From positions 1,408,001 to 1,472,000 of the forward strand of contig CBDHDG010000006.1 of assembly GCA_965261595.1 (NCBI GenBank): 64,000 nucleotides of DNA. The letters run 5' to 3'. The notes under the pieces were generated by a model, which was given only the letters and a program-made list of their open reading frames with translations, was not told the origin of the DNA and ran no database searches. How positions within the stretch are numbered: position 1 is the stretch's first letter; each line of letters opens with the position of its first letter. Below, piece after piece: positions 1 through 9,670 of the stretch. Both the position numbers and the translations under genes were made by a program. This stretch comes from a bacterium (GTDB taxonomy: Bacteria; UBA8248; JACPRG01; G963555815).

Positions 1-2
1 CG

Positions 3-446
3 GTGATCGAGAACGTCTCCGCCGCCGGCGTGTTCGGCCATCACCGGCGCTGGGGAAGGGAACTCGAGGACTACGCCCGCGGCCAACTGGCGCGCGTCGG
101 CCTCGAAGGAGCGGAACACACCCCGGTGACCGCGCTGACCTACATCGACCAGAAACGGGTCGAGATCGCCCGCGCCTTGGCTTCGGATCCCAGGGTGCTG
201 CTGCTCGACGAATGGCTCGCCGGACTGAACCCCACCGAGCTGAGGACCGGGATCTCCCTGGTCGAGACTTTGCGCGCCGAGGGACGGACGATCATCGTCG
301 TCGAGCACGTGATGGACGCCATCCGCAGCCTGTGCGACCGTTGCGTGGTCATGAACAGCGGCACCAAGATCACCGAGGGCTCGCCCACCGACGTGCTGGC
401 CGACGGCGAGGTGATCCGGGCCTATCTCGGGAACGATGATGCTTGA
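3..446 (+). CDS. Branched-chain amino acid-type ABC transporter ATP-binding protein (LivG-like), 5' end outside window
   Basis: Walker B VLLLDE, IIVVEH switch motif, C-terminal 'EVIRAYLG' typical of LivG. Confidence 0.9.
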   Translation: MIENVSAAGVFGHHRRWGRELEDYARGQLARVGLEGAEHTPVTALTYIDQKRVEIARALASDPRVLLLDEWLAGLNPTELRTGISLVETLRAEGRTIIVVEHVMDAIRSLCDRCVVMNSGTKITEGSPTDVLADGEVIRAYLGNDDA

Positions 447-1146
447 GATCAGCAATCTATCGGTGAATTACGGACTGCACCGGGTGCTCGAAGGCGTCTC
501 CATCGGCGTCGAGCCGGGCGAGCTCGTCGTCATCCTGGGCACCAACGGTGCCGGCAAGACGACCCTTTTGAAGGCGGTCGGCGGCATCGTCCGGGCTCGC
601 GAGGGCAGCTCGGTCACCATCGCCGGCGTCCCGATCACCAATCACCCGCTGCACCGGATCGTCGAGGCCGGCATCGCGCTGGTTCCGGAGGAGCGGGGCC
701 TGTTCGGCGACCTCACGGTGCGCGAGAACCTCGAGCTCGGCGCCTTCGCGCGCCGGGCGCGGGAGACCGAAGCCAGGAACTTCGAGATGGTCCTCGGGCT
801 GTTCCCGCGGCTCGCCGAGCGCAGCCGGCAGATCGCACGAACACTGTCGGGCGGCGAGCAGCAGATGGCGGCCATCGGCCGCGCGCTGATGTCGGCGCCC
901 GATTTTTTGCTTCTCGACGAACCGTCGCTCGGGCTTTCCCCCATTCTGTGCACCGCTCTGTTCAAGGCGCTGAGGCGGGTGACCGAGACCGGCGTCGGCG
1001 TGCTGCTGGTCGAGCAGAACGCCAAGAGAAGCCTGGAGATCGCCGATCGCGGCTATCTTCTCAAAAATGGCCATGTCGTCGGTGAGGGCGCGGCCGATGC
1101 GCTGCGCAACGACGAGACCGTGCAGAGAGCCTACCTCGGGCTTTAG
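436..1146 (+). CDS. livF: ABC transporter ATP-binding protein (LivF-like)
   Basis: Walker A GTNGAGKT, LSGGEQQM signature, LLDEPSLGL, VEQN, AYLG end; overlaps upstream ATPase. Confidence 0.9.
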   Translation: MMLEISNLSVNYGLHRVLEGVSIGVEPGELVVILGTNGAGKTTLLKAVGGIVRAREGSSVTIAGVPITNHPLHRIVEAGIALVPEERGLFGDLTVRENLELGAFARRARETEARNFEMVLGLFPRLAERSRQIARTLSGGEQQMAAIGRALMSAPDFLLLDEPSLGLSPILCTALFKALRRVTETGVGVLLVEQNAKRSLEIADRGYLLKNGHVVGEGAADALRNDETVQRAYLGL

Positions 1147-1152
1147 GCATCC

Positions 1153-1226
1153 GGCGATTGATGTTTCGCGAAAAACGGGATTGGATGACCGGAAAATCGA
1201 GGGCGCTTGTGTCCGGATGACATCTT
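1153..1226 (+). promoter_or_regulatory. Candidate (degenerate) fluoride riboswitch
   Basis: GGCGAT-T-GATGT-T-TCGC ... GATGACATC upstream of crcB; GCGA/TCGC P1 and GATGT/ACATC pseudoknot pairing resemble the crcB motif, with extra nucleotides. Confidence 0.45.
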
Positions 1227-1253
1227 GAGCATCCAATGAGGAAGGGAGTTCAC

Positions 1254-1634
1254 ATGGGAAACATCTTGTGGGTGGGCCTGGGCGGATTCATCGGATCGAT
1301 TTTACGATATGCGGCGAGCGGATTCGTCAACTGGGTCGCTTTCGGAAGCATCTTCCCCTACGGGACCTTCATCGTCAACGTGGCGGGTTGTCTCGCCATC
1401 GGGCTCTTGGCGGGAATCGCGGAAACCCGGGGCGTCTTTTCCGAACAAACCAAGATGTTTCTTTTCATCGGGCTGATCGGCGGTTTTACGACGTTCTCGA
1501 CCTTCGCGTTCGAATCCCTTCAACTGCTCAAGGGATCTCAGGGCATGCTGGCGATGCTCAACCTGGTCTTTCAGTCCGTGCTCGGCTTGGGGGGCGTCTG
1601 GGCGGGTCAGACGATTTCGCGGCTCGGTTCCTAG
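1254..1634 (+). CDS. crcB: Fluoride efflux channel Fluc/CrcB
   Basis: GGFIGSILRY, FPYGTFIVNVAG, GLIGGFTTFSTF motifs; RBS GAAGGGAG. Confidence 0.95.
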   Translation: MGNILWVGLGGFIGSILRYAASGFVNWVAFGSIFPYGTFIVNVAGCLAIGLLAGIAETRGVFSEQTKMFLFIGLIGGFTTFSTFAFESLQLLKGSQGMLAMLNLVFQSVLGLGGVWAGQTISRLGS

Positions 1635-1694
1635 CCGACTGCCCGGGGCCGGCGGAGGGAGAGGGAGGGGAAGGGGCGTCCGGCGATCAGCGGC

Positions 1695-3070
1695 CTAATG
1701 CGATTGGCTTGCTTCGAGGTCCGGCCCCGTTTCCGATTCTCCGCTCCATGAACTGCGGGCCAGGACGGGAGAGTCGGGCGACTCCAATTCGGCCACCCGG
1801 CGGGCCGCGGCCGCCTGTTCCGCGTAAACCGGATCGAGGGGCGCCGGCTGGATGGGCCGGCGGGAATGGGCGGTCCGGTTCTCCGTGCCGGTCCCGGCAG
1901 GTTTCGGGATGGCCCAATTCGGGATGAAAAAGGACAGCACGCTCGTCACGACGCTTCCGGCGGTCTCGATGGTCTTGCGGAACGGCGTGTTCCGAACCCG
2001 AACCCAGTTGGAGTCCTGAATGCCCGTCACGGGAGAGTTCAGGTTGAACGCCAGGGGCAAGGCCAGGCCCTGATCGGCCGAGCCGGGCGAAAGCACCCGG
2101 GACCACGCGTCCCCGTAGGGAAGGATATCCATCACGTAGCTCAAGACCACCTGAGCGTTGTCGAACGTCTTCGTAACAAGCCGCTCCCCCTTCGGAAGGC
2201 TCCCGATGGTGGCGTCGGCAACCGCTTCCACCAGGTTCAGAACGCCCAAAACCCCGTCTTTCAACATATGCCCCACGGCCCGAGCGCCCCCGCCACCAGG
2301 TTGTTCACCAGGGCCTCGCCGAAGACCTTCTTGAAGAAGTGCTTGGTGCGCCCCCAGACCCCGACGGGGGCGGCTTCCCCTTCAGGGACATACGCACCGA
2401 ATGAGAGACCGCTCGCCATGTTCCGGAAAAACTTCCCGACGGTCCCCAACAGGCCGCTGTGGCGGCCGGACCCGATGCTCCCGTCGGCGGCCCGGTACTT
2501 GTATTCGGCCCCGGCGATAAAATTCTCGATCATGTTGATAAAGTTGCTGCCGGCATCCTTGAGATCCTTGCCGACCCGCTGGATGAACCCGGACGGCCCG
2601 TCCGGCTTGACGATGACATTCTTCGTCCGGTCCGTGTGATAGTGATCCCCCCCGGGATTGGCCAGAAGCTGGTCTTCTTTATACCGAGCGATCTGCTCCA
2701 TCAAACCCAGGGGGATTTTCGGTCCGACCATCGGCGGGGGCGGTCTCAGGTCCTGATTCAGGGATTCCCGAACGGCATGCTCAACCCCCCGGTCTATGTT
2801 GAAGCCCCGAACATCGGCCCTGGCGAGCTGGGTCCCGAAACTTGGAGCGGTGATGATCGCCTTGGAGATCATGGCCGAATCTCCGCCCTTCACACGGCCC
2901 AATTCCACAGCCAGGGCCTGCGAGAAGTGCGCCCGCGCGATCCTCGCGGCGGCCGACCGCTCCTGTCCCGGAACCAGCCCCGCACGCAAGTCGGAGAAGG
3001 CATCCTTCTTCCGGCCGAGAAGATAATCGGCTTGCGTCAGATTGGGGTCAATGCTGACCGGACCCGGCAT
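1695..3070 (-). CDS. Hypothetical protein, apparently one gene split by a frameshift near 2270
   Basis: ORFs 2261..3070 and 1695..2276 overlap in different frames and both look coding; no family recognised. Confidence 0.5.
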
Positions 3071-3525
3071 TTATTTCCCCCTTATTCCGGCTCACGCTCC
3101 CTCACCAAGCGTCCAAAACCACCCGGTTTCCCTTGGCGGATGGGGAATCGGGCCGCATGACGCTTCGTCGGGAGGCGCTCCCCGCCCAGGTTCCCCCCGA
3201 CTCTTCTGTAGAAAAATGCACATTCGGCGCCACGTCGAAGGAGGGCGTATTCGGGGGATGAACACTTCCGCCTCGAAACCTCCGGGTCGTCCGCAAGGAG
3301 GCGTCCGCACTCCTTCAGCATCGCGCCGCGCCCCGGGGGGAATCGATGGCCGACCCGAGCCCTTCGCACGCCGGGCGGACGGGTGGACAAAGCCCGAAGT
3401 GGCCGCAGGCTTCGACGCCATAGGCCTCTGGATCTCCGCGGCCGTGAAGGGGCCGCTGGGTGACGGAGAGACACACATGAAACAGGATTCCCTCGACAAA
3501 CGAAACGGTCTTCTTCAAGAAAACC

Positions 3526-4968
3526 GAGCCTGTCCCATTCATAGTTGAAGGTTGAGAAAAAGAGGTGGCGGTTCACTCCTGCCGACTCGGTTAGAATCGG
3601 GTTGGCAAACATTCAAAGAGGAGGAACCGCCATGAGTGAAGCTTACCAGATCATCGAGAAGAAAGAGACCCAAAGGTTGGCCGCCTTTGTGGCGGAGCAC
3701 GGGCAGGCGTTTTTTCCTCTGGTGTCGCTGGTGGAGCAGTCCCAACTGGCGGTGGAGGACCTGATGGACGTCATGGGCCGGGCGGGCCTGGAGGCCGTGC
3801 TTTTGCTGTCGGCCAAGGGCTTGACGGGCGCGCCGCATCCAGGCAAGCGGGGTGGCGAGGTCCGCCGGCACGGCAGCCAGGGGGGCCGGGTGACCCTGAA
3901 GGGGCGCAAGCTGAAGGTGAGAAAGCCGCGGCTTCGCCGCCGGGGCCAGGGTCGGGGCGGGGAGGTGGAGGTGCCGGCGTATGCGGCCATGCAGGCCGAC
4001 CCCGGGCTGGGGGAGCGGATGCTGGATTTGCTGATGCGAGGGGTCTCGACGCGGAACTACGCGGCCGTTCTTCCCGAGCTGGCCGAGACGGTGGGGGTGT
4101 CGAAGTCGGCCGTGAGCCGGGAGAGCATCGAGGCGGCCGAGGCGAAGCTGCGGCGTCTTTGTGAGCGGCGTTTTGACGACATCGACCTCCTCATCCTCTA
4201 CCTGGACGGTCTGCGCTTCGGCGCGCATCACGTCATCGTGGCCGTTGGGGTGGACACACGGGGCCAAAAGCACGTTCTGGGCCTGAGGTCGGGCGCCACC
4301 GAGAACGCCACGGTCGTGACGGCGCTTCTTGAGGAGTTGGTGGAGCGCGGCGTGCGGCCCGGGCGGCGTCGGCTTTTCGTCATCGACGGCTCGAGGGTGC
4401 TTCGTGCGGCGATTGACCGGGTGTACGGGGACGACAATCCGGTGCAGCGGTGCCGCAACCACAAGGTGAAGAACGTGATGGACCACCTGCCCGAGGAGTT
4501 GAAGGACCCGGTGAAGGCGACGATGAAGGCGGCCTGGCGGCTGGCGCCGAAGGAGGGGATTGCCCGTCTGCGCAAGCAGGCCCGGTGGCTTTAGATCGAG
4601 CATCCGGACGCGGCCGCCAGCCTTTTGGAGGGTCTGGAGGAGATCTTCACCGTCAACCGCTTGGCTCTTCCGCCCGGCCTTCGGCGCTGCCTGGTGAGCA
4701 CGAACCTGATCGAGAGTCCCTGTTCGGGGGTGCGGATGCGCACCCGGCGCGTCGGCCGCTGGCGGGACGGGGCGATGGTGAAAAGGTGGGCCGCTTCCGC
4801 CTTCCTCGCCACCGAGAAGAACTTCCGTCGCCTGGACGGCTACCGGGACCTGTGGATCCTGAAGGCCGTTCTGGACGAGCCCCGCTTTGACACCCGAGAG
4901 GAGGTCGCATAAGGTGAACCACACACGGACCGCCGCCTCAAACCTTCAACTGAATTCGGGACACCCTC
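3526..4968 (+). mobile_element. IS256-family insertion sequence, copy 1 (1443 bp)
   Basis: Ends GAGCCTGTCCC / GGGACACCCTC; 8-bp TSD AGAAAACC at 3518-3525 and 4969-4976; near-identical to 56231..57673. Confidence 0.95.
3632..4912 (+). pseudogene. IS256-family transposase with in-frame TAG at 4592-4594
   Basis: GVSTR, LYLDG, VIDG, QRCRNHK motifs; frame continues after the TAG (IEHPDAAASLLEGLEE...STNLIES). Confidence 0.9.
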
Positions 4969-5203
4969 AGAAAACCGGCTCACTCATTTCATCAGAGTCG
5001 CTGGATCGCATCCGGTTGACATCCCCGGACCCGTCCGCCTATCTTGGAGATCCAGCCGCTGATTCACCTCATTTCCATCCGGTCAAGGGCGAAGTGGGCG
5101 CCGGTCGCACCCCTTTTTTCGGCCGGGGCGGCGGGTTGCTTATGGAGATCGGCGGCGCGTCCGAGCGTTGCCGAGCCGATGAATGAAAAAGGAGAAACGT
5201 GAG

Positions 5204-5659
5204 ATGGTCATCAGAGCGGGTGAGCAAGCCCCGGCATTCACCGCCAAAGCAACGGGGGACCGGGAGATTTCCCTTTCGGATTACGCGGGCAAGAAGAACG
5301 TCATGCTGGCGTTCTTTCCCTTCGTCTTCAGCCCGGTCTGCTCCGAGCAGATTCCGGCTTATTCGGAAAACGCCCAAAGGTTCGCCGACCTCGACACTGA
5401 CGTCCTGGCCGTCAGCGTGGACAGCCCGTGGTCCCAGGGGGCCTGGGCGGAGCAGTACGGCATCCGGGCGCCCGTCCTGAGCGACTTCAGCAAGAAAATC
5501 GCGGGTGACTACGGCGTGATGCACGAGATGGGGATGTCCCAGCGGGCCATCGTCATCATCGACAAGAACGGCCGGGTGGCCTACGCGCACGTCCAGGAAG
5601 ACATCCGGACAATTCCCAGCCCGGACGAGATCTTCGCCGAGCTTGAAAAGCTGAAATAG
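5204..5659 (+). CDS. Peroxiredoxin (AhpE/AhpC-TSA family)
   Basis: FFPFVFSPVC peroxidatic motif, SVDS, RAIVIIDKNG. Confidence 0.9.
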   Translation: MVIRAGEQAPAFTAKATGDREISLSDYAGKKNVMLAFFPFVFSPVCSEQIPAYSENAQRFADLDTDVLAVSVDSPWSQGAWAEQYGIRAPVLSDFSKKIAGDYGVMHEMGMSQRAIVIIDKNGRVAYAHVQEDIRTIPSPDEIFAELEKLK

Positions 5660-5673
5660 AACGGAGGAACGAC

Positions 5674-6126
5674 TTGTCCGGCGAAGACCCCCAAGAGAAA
5701 CCCCCGAAGCGGCCGCCCTTTGTCGAGACCCTCCGCCCGGGGATGGAAGGCCGCGTCGAGCACGTTGTCGAGGAGCGCCACCTGGCCGACTCTCTCGGAA
5801 ACAAGGGCGCCAAGGTCCTGGCGACGCCCATCATCATCGGCTGGCTGGAAGACGTATCGTCCACGATCGTTCGACCCCACCTGCCTGAGAGGGTGCTGAG
5901 CGTGGGGACCCTGGTGAACGTCCGCCACTTGTCGGCTGCCCTGGCGGGATTCACCGTCGTCTTCCGGAGCCGCCTGCGGGAGGTGGACGGCCGGCGGCTT
6001 GTGTTCGATGTCGAGGCCCACGACGGTGTGGAGAAGGTGGCCGAGGGCGTCCACGAGCGGTTCATCGTGGATGAAGAGAAGTTCCTCGCCAAAGCGGCGA
6101 AGAAGCGGCCCGAAAGCAGGGAATAA
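5674..6126 (+). CDS. Hot-dog thioesterase, fluoroacetyl-CoA thioesterase (FlK)-like
   Basis: VLATP..LE..VGT.VNVRHL pattern (Thr/Glu/His triad), C-terminal GVHERFIVD. Confidence 0.8.
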   Translation: MSGEDPQEKPPKRPPFVETLRPGMEGRVEHVVEERHLADSLGNKGAKVLATPIIIGWLEDVSSTIVRPHLPERVLSVGTLVNVRHLSAALAGFTVVFRSRLREVDGRRLVFDVEAHDGVEKVAEGVHERFIVDEEKFLAKAAKKRPESRE

Positions 6127-6225
6127 ACTGGGCTTGCATTTGGTTGTAAGTCTGAGAAAATAGGTGGGAGGACAAATCCATGCTCTACTGTTTGAACTCC
6201 AAGGGGGAGGCGAAACAGGAATAAG

Positions 6226-6503
6226 ATGATCATCGCAGTCATTCTGTTGTTCGGCGCGGCCGTTATTGCGCCCGCGGGAATCGCCGTCGCCGGAGAATTC
6301 GGGGGGGGTGCGAGTTCGGGGCCTACAAGGCGCTCCAAGCCAAGAAGTCCGTCAAGGAGATCGAGAACACGTACGCGGGCATGGTCAAGGACGCCAAGCA
6401 CGACGGCAAGATTTCCGAAATCGAGCGTATCACGCTGGATTTCTACCGTCTGGACAACGGGGTGAGCCTCGCCAAAGCCAAGCGCATCGAAAACGACACC
6501 TGA
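6226..6503 (+). CDS. Small secreted hypothetical protein, frameshift in G8 tract at 6301-6308
   Basis: Signal peptide MIIAVILLFGAAVIAPAGIAVA; alternative frame after the G tract reads GCEFGAYKALQAKKSVKEIE...IENDT-stop and is followed by a terminator. Confidence 0.55.
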
Positions 6504-6521
6504 TCCGACACACGGCTGGAG

Positions 6522-6559
6522 AATCCCCCCGCATCTTCCGGAAACGGGGGGATTTTTTT
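6522..6559 (+). terminator. Rho-independent terminator
   Basis: AATCCCCCCG...CGGGGGGATT stem followed by a T-run. Confidence 0.8.
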
Positions 6560-6669
6560 GTCGGCGCCGCTTGCCCCGCCGCGAAGGAATCCGTACATTG
6601 AAGAAGAGAAGGCAACGCGGCGATTCGGCGTCGCCGCCGGGAATGAGAACGAGGAGAAGGCCCGCCCTG

Positions 6670-7083
6670 ATGATTCCATGGTCGAGACGGTCCCTTTGCT
6701 TCGCCCTGCTGGGCCTTGCGGTTGCCCTTGGGGGAGGGGGATGCGGACTTTTCGGAAAAAAGAAGCCCAAGGAGACTGACGCCGAGTCCAAGGCGAAGGT
6801 CGCCATGAAGGTGGTCATCACGGCCCGCCGCTACGCCTTCCGGCCAAACATCATCCGCGTCAAACAAGGGGTCCCGCTGGAGATTTCGCTGAAAAGCGTG
6901 GACGTCCCCCACGGCTTCGGCATCCGGCGTCCGGGCCAAACCCGGAACTTCGGCGCGTTCGAGCCGGGCAAACCCCTTCGCGTCCTGATCCGGACGAACA
7001 AGAAAGAGGTCATCGAGTTCTTCAGCACGGTGTATAGCGGGGTGGATTACTACAAGATGAAGGGGAAGATCATTGTCGAGTGA
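6670..7083 (+). CDS. Cupredoxin-fold (COX2/EfeO-like) lipoprotein
   Basis: Lipobox-like GGC; 'F.PNIIRVKQG..V.HGF..F.STVYSG....MKGKIIVE'; the usual Cu-ligand cysteines are replaced by Ser. Confidence 0.7.
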   Translation: MIPWSRRSLCFALLGLAVALGGGGCGLFGKKKPKETDAESKAKVAMKVVITARRYAFRPNIIRVKQGVPLEISLKSVDVPHGFGIRRPGQTRNFGAFEPGKPLRVLIRTNKKEVIEFFSTVYSGVDYYKMKGKIIVE

Positions 7084-7717
7084 GGCGGACACCCTGGATT
7101 CCTCGCACCGGGCAAAGGACTCCGCTTTCCCGCAAGCCGCCCCGCCGCCGCCGCGGGCCACGCGGCGCGAGCGTCGGTTGCTGCGTCTGTTCGCGGCCGT
7201 TCCGCTGGTCTTCCTGCTGATCCTTGCCGGCTACGCCTGGATCGGCCGGGTCTCGGCCCCCCCCGCGCCCAAGGCGCACCCCCTCCGCGCCGGCGACAAA
7301 GCCCCCGCGTTCAAGTTTTCCGACTTGAGGGGGCGGACCGTTTCCCTCGAAGACTTCCGGGGCCGCGTCGTCTTTCTGAACATTTGGGCGACCTGGTGCC
7401 CGACGTGCACCTGGGAGATGCCTTCCATGGAAGCCCTCCACAGGCGATATCGCGACAAGGGGTTGGCCATGGTGGCGGTCAGCATCGACGCCCTGGGAAA
7501 GGAAATCGTCGTTCCCTACATGAAGAAGCTGAGACTGACCTTCGGCTCTCTTCTCGACCCGCGGGGGACCATCAAGGGGCTCTACCGGATCACGGGCGTG
7601 CCCGAGACCTTCATCATCGACCGGCAGGGAAAGATCCTCCGGAAAATCATCGGACCCCGCCAGTGGATGGACCCGGAAATGGTGAACTTCATGGAGATCG
7701 CCCTGCAGTCTTCCTGA
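7073..7717 (+). CDS. TlpA/ResA-like membrane-anchored thiol-disulfide oxidoreductase
   Basis: TM helix, NIWATWCPTC, GVPETFIIDRQG. Confidence 0.92.
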   Translation: MSSEADTLDSSHRAKDSAFPQAAPPPPRATRRERRLLRLFAAVPLVFLLILAGYAWIGRVSAPPAPKAHPLRAGDKAPAFKFSDLRGRTVSLEDFRGRVVFLNIWATWCPTCTWEMPSMEALHRRYRDKGLAMVAVSIDALGKEIVVPYMKKLRLTFGSLLDPRGTIKGLYRITGVPETFIIDRQGKILRKIIGPRQWMDPEMVNFMEIALQSS

Positions 7718-7938
7718 CGCCGGGGAAGCCCGGCGCAACGGGCGGCGCGTCCGCTGACCGCCAGTGTCCGGCGCGGCTTTCGGGCGGCCCCATCGATCCT
7801 TGGGGACAACCTTTTCCCGAAACGGCGTTGAAATCCCCCCCCCCCCCTCGATCGCCGGGGTCCCCGCGGCGCTCCTCAAGGCGGCGTCGCGACAGATGAC
7901 CGGCCCCGATCCGCACACCTCTCAACCGGAGTGACGGC

Positions 7939-8562
7939 ATGAGCCAAGACCGCCTGGAGATCCTGGTCTATCACGATTATTGCTGACCCTGGTGCTGCAA
8001 TTCCGCCGTTCGGCTGGAACAGTTGAAGGAGAAATTCGGAGACCGCATCGACATTCAGCATCGGTGCTTCCTCCTGCGGGCCGAGCCGGACCCGACCGTT
8101 GTCTTCAACGACTACCGCCGCGGGCATTGGGAGCGGGCGGACACCCAGGGGGACGGCGGCACGTTCCGCGCCTGGCACAGCGACGCGCCCTTTCCCAGCC
8201 ACAGCCTCCCCTCGGCCGAGGCCTCCAAGTGCGCCGCCCTTCAAGGGGAAGAGGCGTTCCACCGATACCATTTCGCCCTCCTCAAGGCCATCTTCGAGGA
8301 CAGCCGCAACATCAGCGATCCCGACGTGCTGATCCGGATTGCCGAAGAGCAGGGCCTTGACGTTTCCCGCTTCAAAGAAAACCTGTTGAGCGGCTCACAA
8401 AAAGACAAGGTCCTGCGGGAACACATGGACGGGATCGAGCAATTCAGCGTCCAGGCCATTCCAACCGTCATCTTCGGGAGGAAGCAGGCCGTCGTGGGCG
8501 GCGTTCCGCGGGAGGAGTACGAGAAGGCCATCGAACTTATCCACGCGCCGTCGGGGACATAG
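7939..8562 (+). CDS. DsbA/FrnE-like oxidoreductase, predicted selenoprotein (Sec at TGA 7984-7986)
   Basis: ATG 7939 in frame: MSQDRLEILVYHDYC-U-PWCC; TGA sits at the first Cys of the CPWC motif; cis-Pro AIPT; hairpin downstream. Confidence 0.85.
8001..8019 (+). promoter_or_regulatory. Candidate bacterial SECIS hairpin
   Basis: TTCC-GCC-GTTC-GGC-T-GGAA stem-loop with bulged U and G-starting loop, 14 nt after UGA. Confidence 0.6.
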
Positions 8563-8576
8563 AGGGAGGCGCCGCC

Positions 8577-9551
8577 TTGCCCGGACTTTGCGACATCCGG
8601 GGAGTCCGGGTCGGCCATGCCGAAGACCGGGACGCCCTCACCGGCTGCACGGTGATCCTTTTCGACGGGGGGGCCGTCGCGGGACTCGACCTGCGCGGGT
8701 CCGCCACCGGAACCCGCCAGATGGACGCCCTGCGTCCTCAGCACCTGGTCGGCCGGATCGACGCCGTCTTCTTCGCGGGCGGGAGCGCCTTCGGACTCGA
8801 CGCCGCCGCCGGCGTCATGACCTACCTGGAAAAGAAGGGGGTCGGCTTCCCGACCGCGCGAACCACGGTGCCCATCGTCCCCGCCGCCATCATTTACGAC
8901 CTGGGCATCGGCCCCGGCGACGTGCGGCCGACGCCCGGCATGGCGCGGCGGGCCTGCAAGGCCGCCGACGGGCCGGGGGGGCGGGCACCCGCGGAGGGCG
9001 CCGTCGGCGCGGGAATCGGGGCGAGCGTGGGAAAGCTCTACGGACTCGCCCGGGCGATGAAGGGCGGGGTCGGGACGTGGTCCCTTCGGTCGCCGCGAGG
9101 CGCGACGGTGGGCGCGCTGGCGGTGGTCAACGCTTTCGGAGACGTGATTTGCGCCCGGACGGGAAAGATCCTCGCGGGCACGCGGAAGGATGAAGACTCT
9201 CTGGAGCCGGCGGACACAGCCAAGCGGATGCGCGAGGGCGAGAGTCGGTCCGGCTTCGACGCGGAGAGCACGACCCTTTGCTGCGTGGCGACCGACGCCC
9301 GTTTGGACCGGGTCGGCGCCGAGAAACTGGCCCAGCTCGCGTCCAACGGTCTGGCGCGGACGCTTCGCCCGGCGTTCAGCACACTCGACGGCGACCTGAT
9401 CATCGCCGCCTCAACAGGGGATCTGGAAGAAGACCTGAATGTCCTGGGCCTCCTGGCGGAGGAAGCGGCGGCGACCGCCGTCAACCGGGCCGTGACCGAG
9501 GCCGAAAGCCTGGGCGGCCTGCCGACGGCGAAAGACCTGGACCGGGCGTGA
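8577..9551 (+). CDS. P1/DmpA-family (S58) peptidase
   Basis: VRVGHA..TGCTVI, GGSAFGL, VPIVPAAIIYDL, EGAVGAG, VVNAFGD, DGD motifs. Confidence 0.9.
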   Translation: MPGLCDIRGVRVGHAEDRDALTGCTVILFDGGAVAGLDLRGSATGTRQMDALRPQHLVGRIDAVFFAGGSAFGLDAAAGVMTYLEKKGVGFPTARTTVPIVPAAIIYDLGIGPGDVRPTPGMARRACKAADGPGGRAPAEGAVGAGIGASVGKLYGLARAMKGGVGTWSLRSPRGATVGALAVVNAFGDVICARTGKILAGTRKDEDSLEPADTAKRMREGESRSGFDAESTTLCCVATDARLDRVGAEKLAQLASNGLARTLRPAFSTLDGDLIIAASTGDLEEDLNVLGLLAEEAAATAVNRAVTEAESLGGLPTAKDLDRA

Positions 9552-9670
9552 TCGCCGATCCCTACAAAAATCCCCCGGGGTCGGGCCTCACCACCGGATC
9601 AACGGTCCTCGCTTTCACTTCCGAACACAAAAGGAAGCGAAAGCAGGCCCTAGCGCACGCACCAATAGGC

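Noticed and set aside
3150..3480. Structured RNA or riboswitch in the GC-rich intergenic region
   Set aside because: Hairpins are possible, but no recognisable riboswitch consensus could be matched by eye
5204..5659. Peroxiredoxin as a third selenoprotein
   Set aside because: The active-site codon is TGC (Cys); the ORF is uninterrupted
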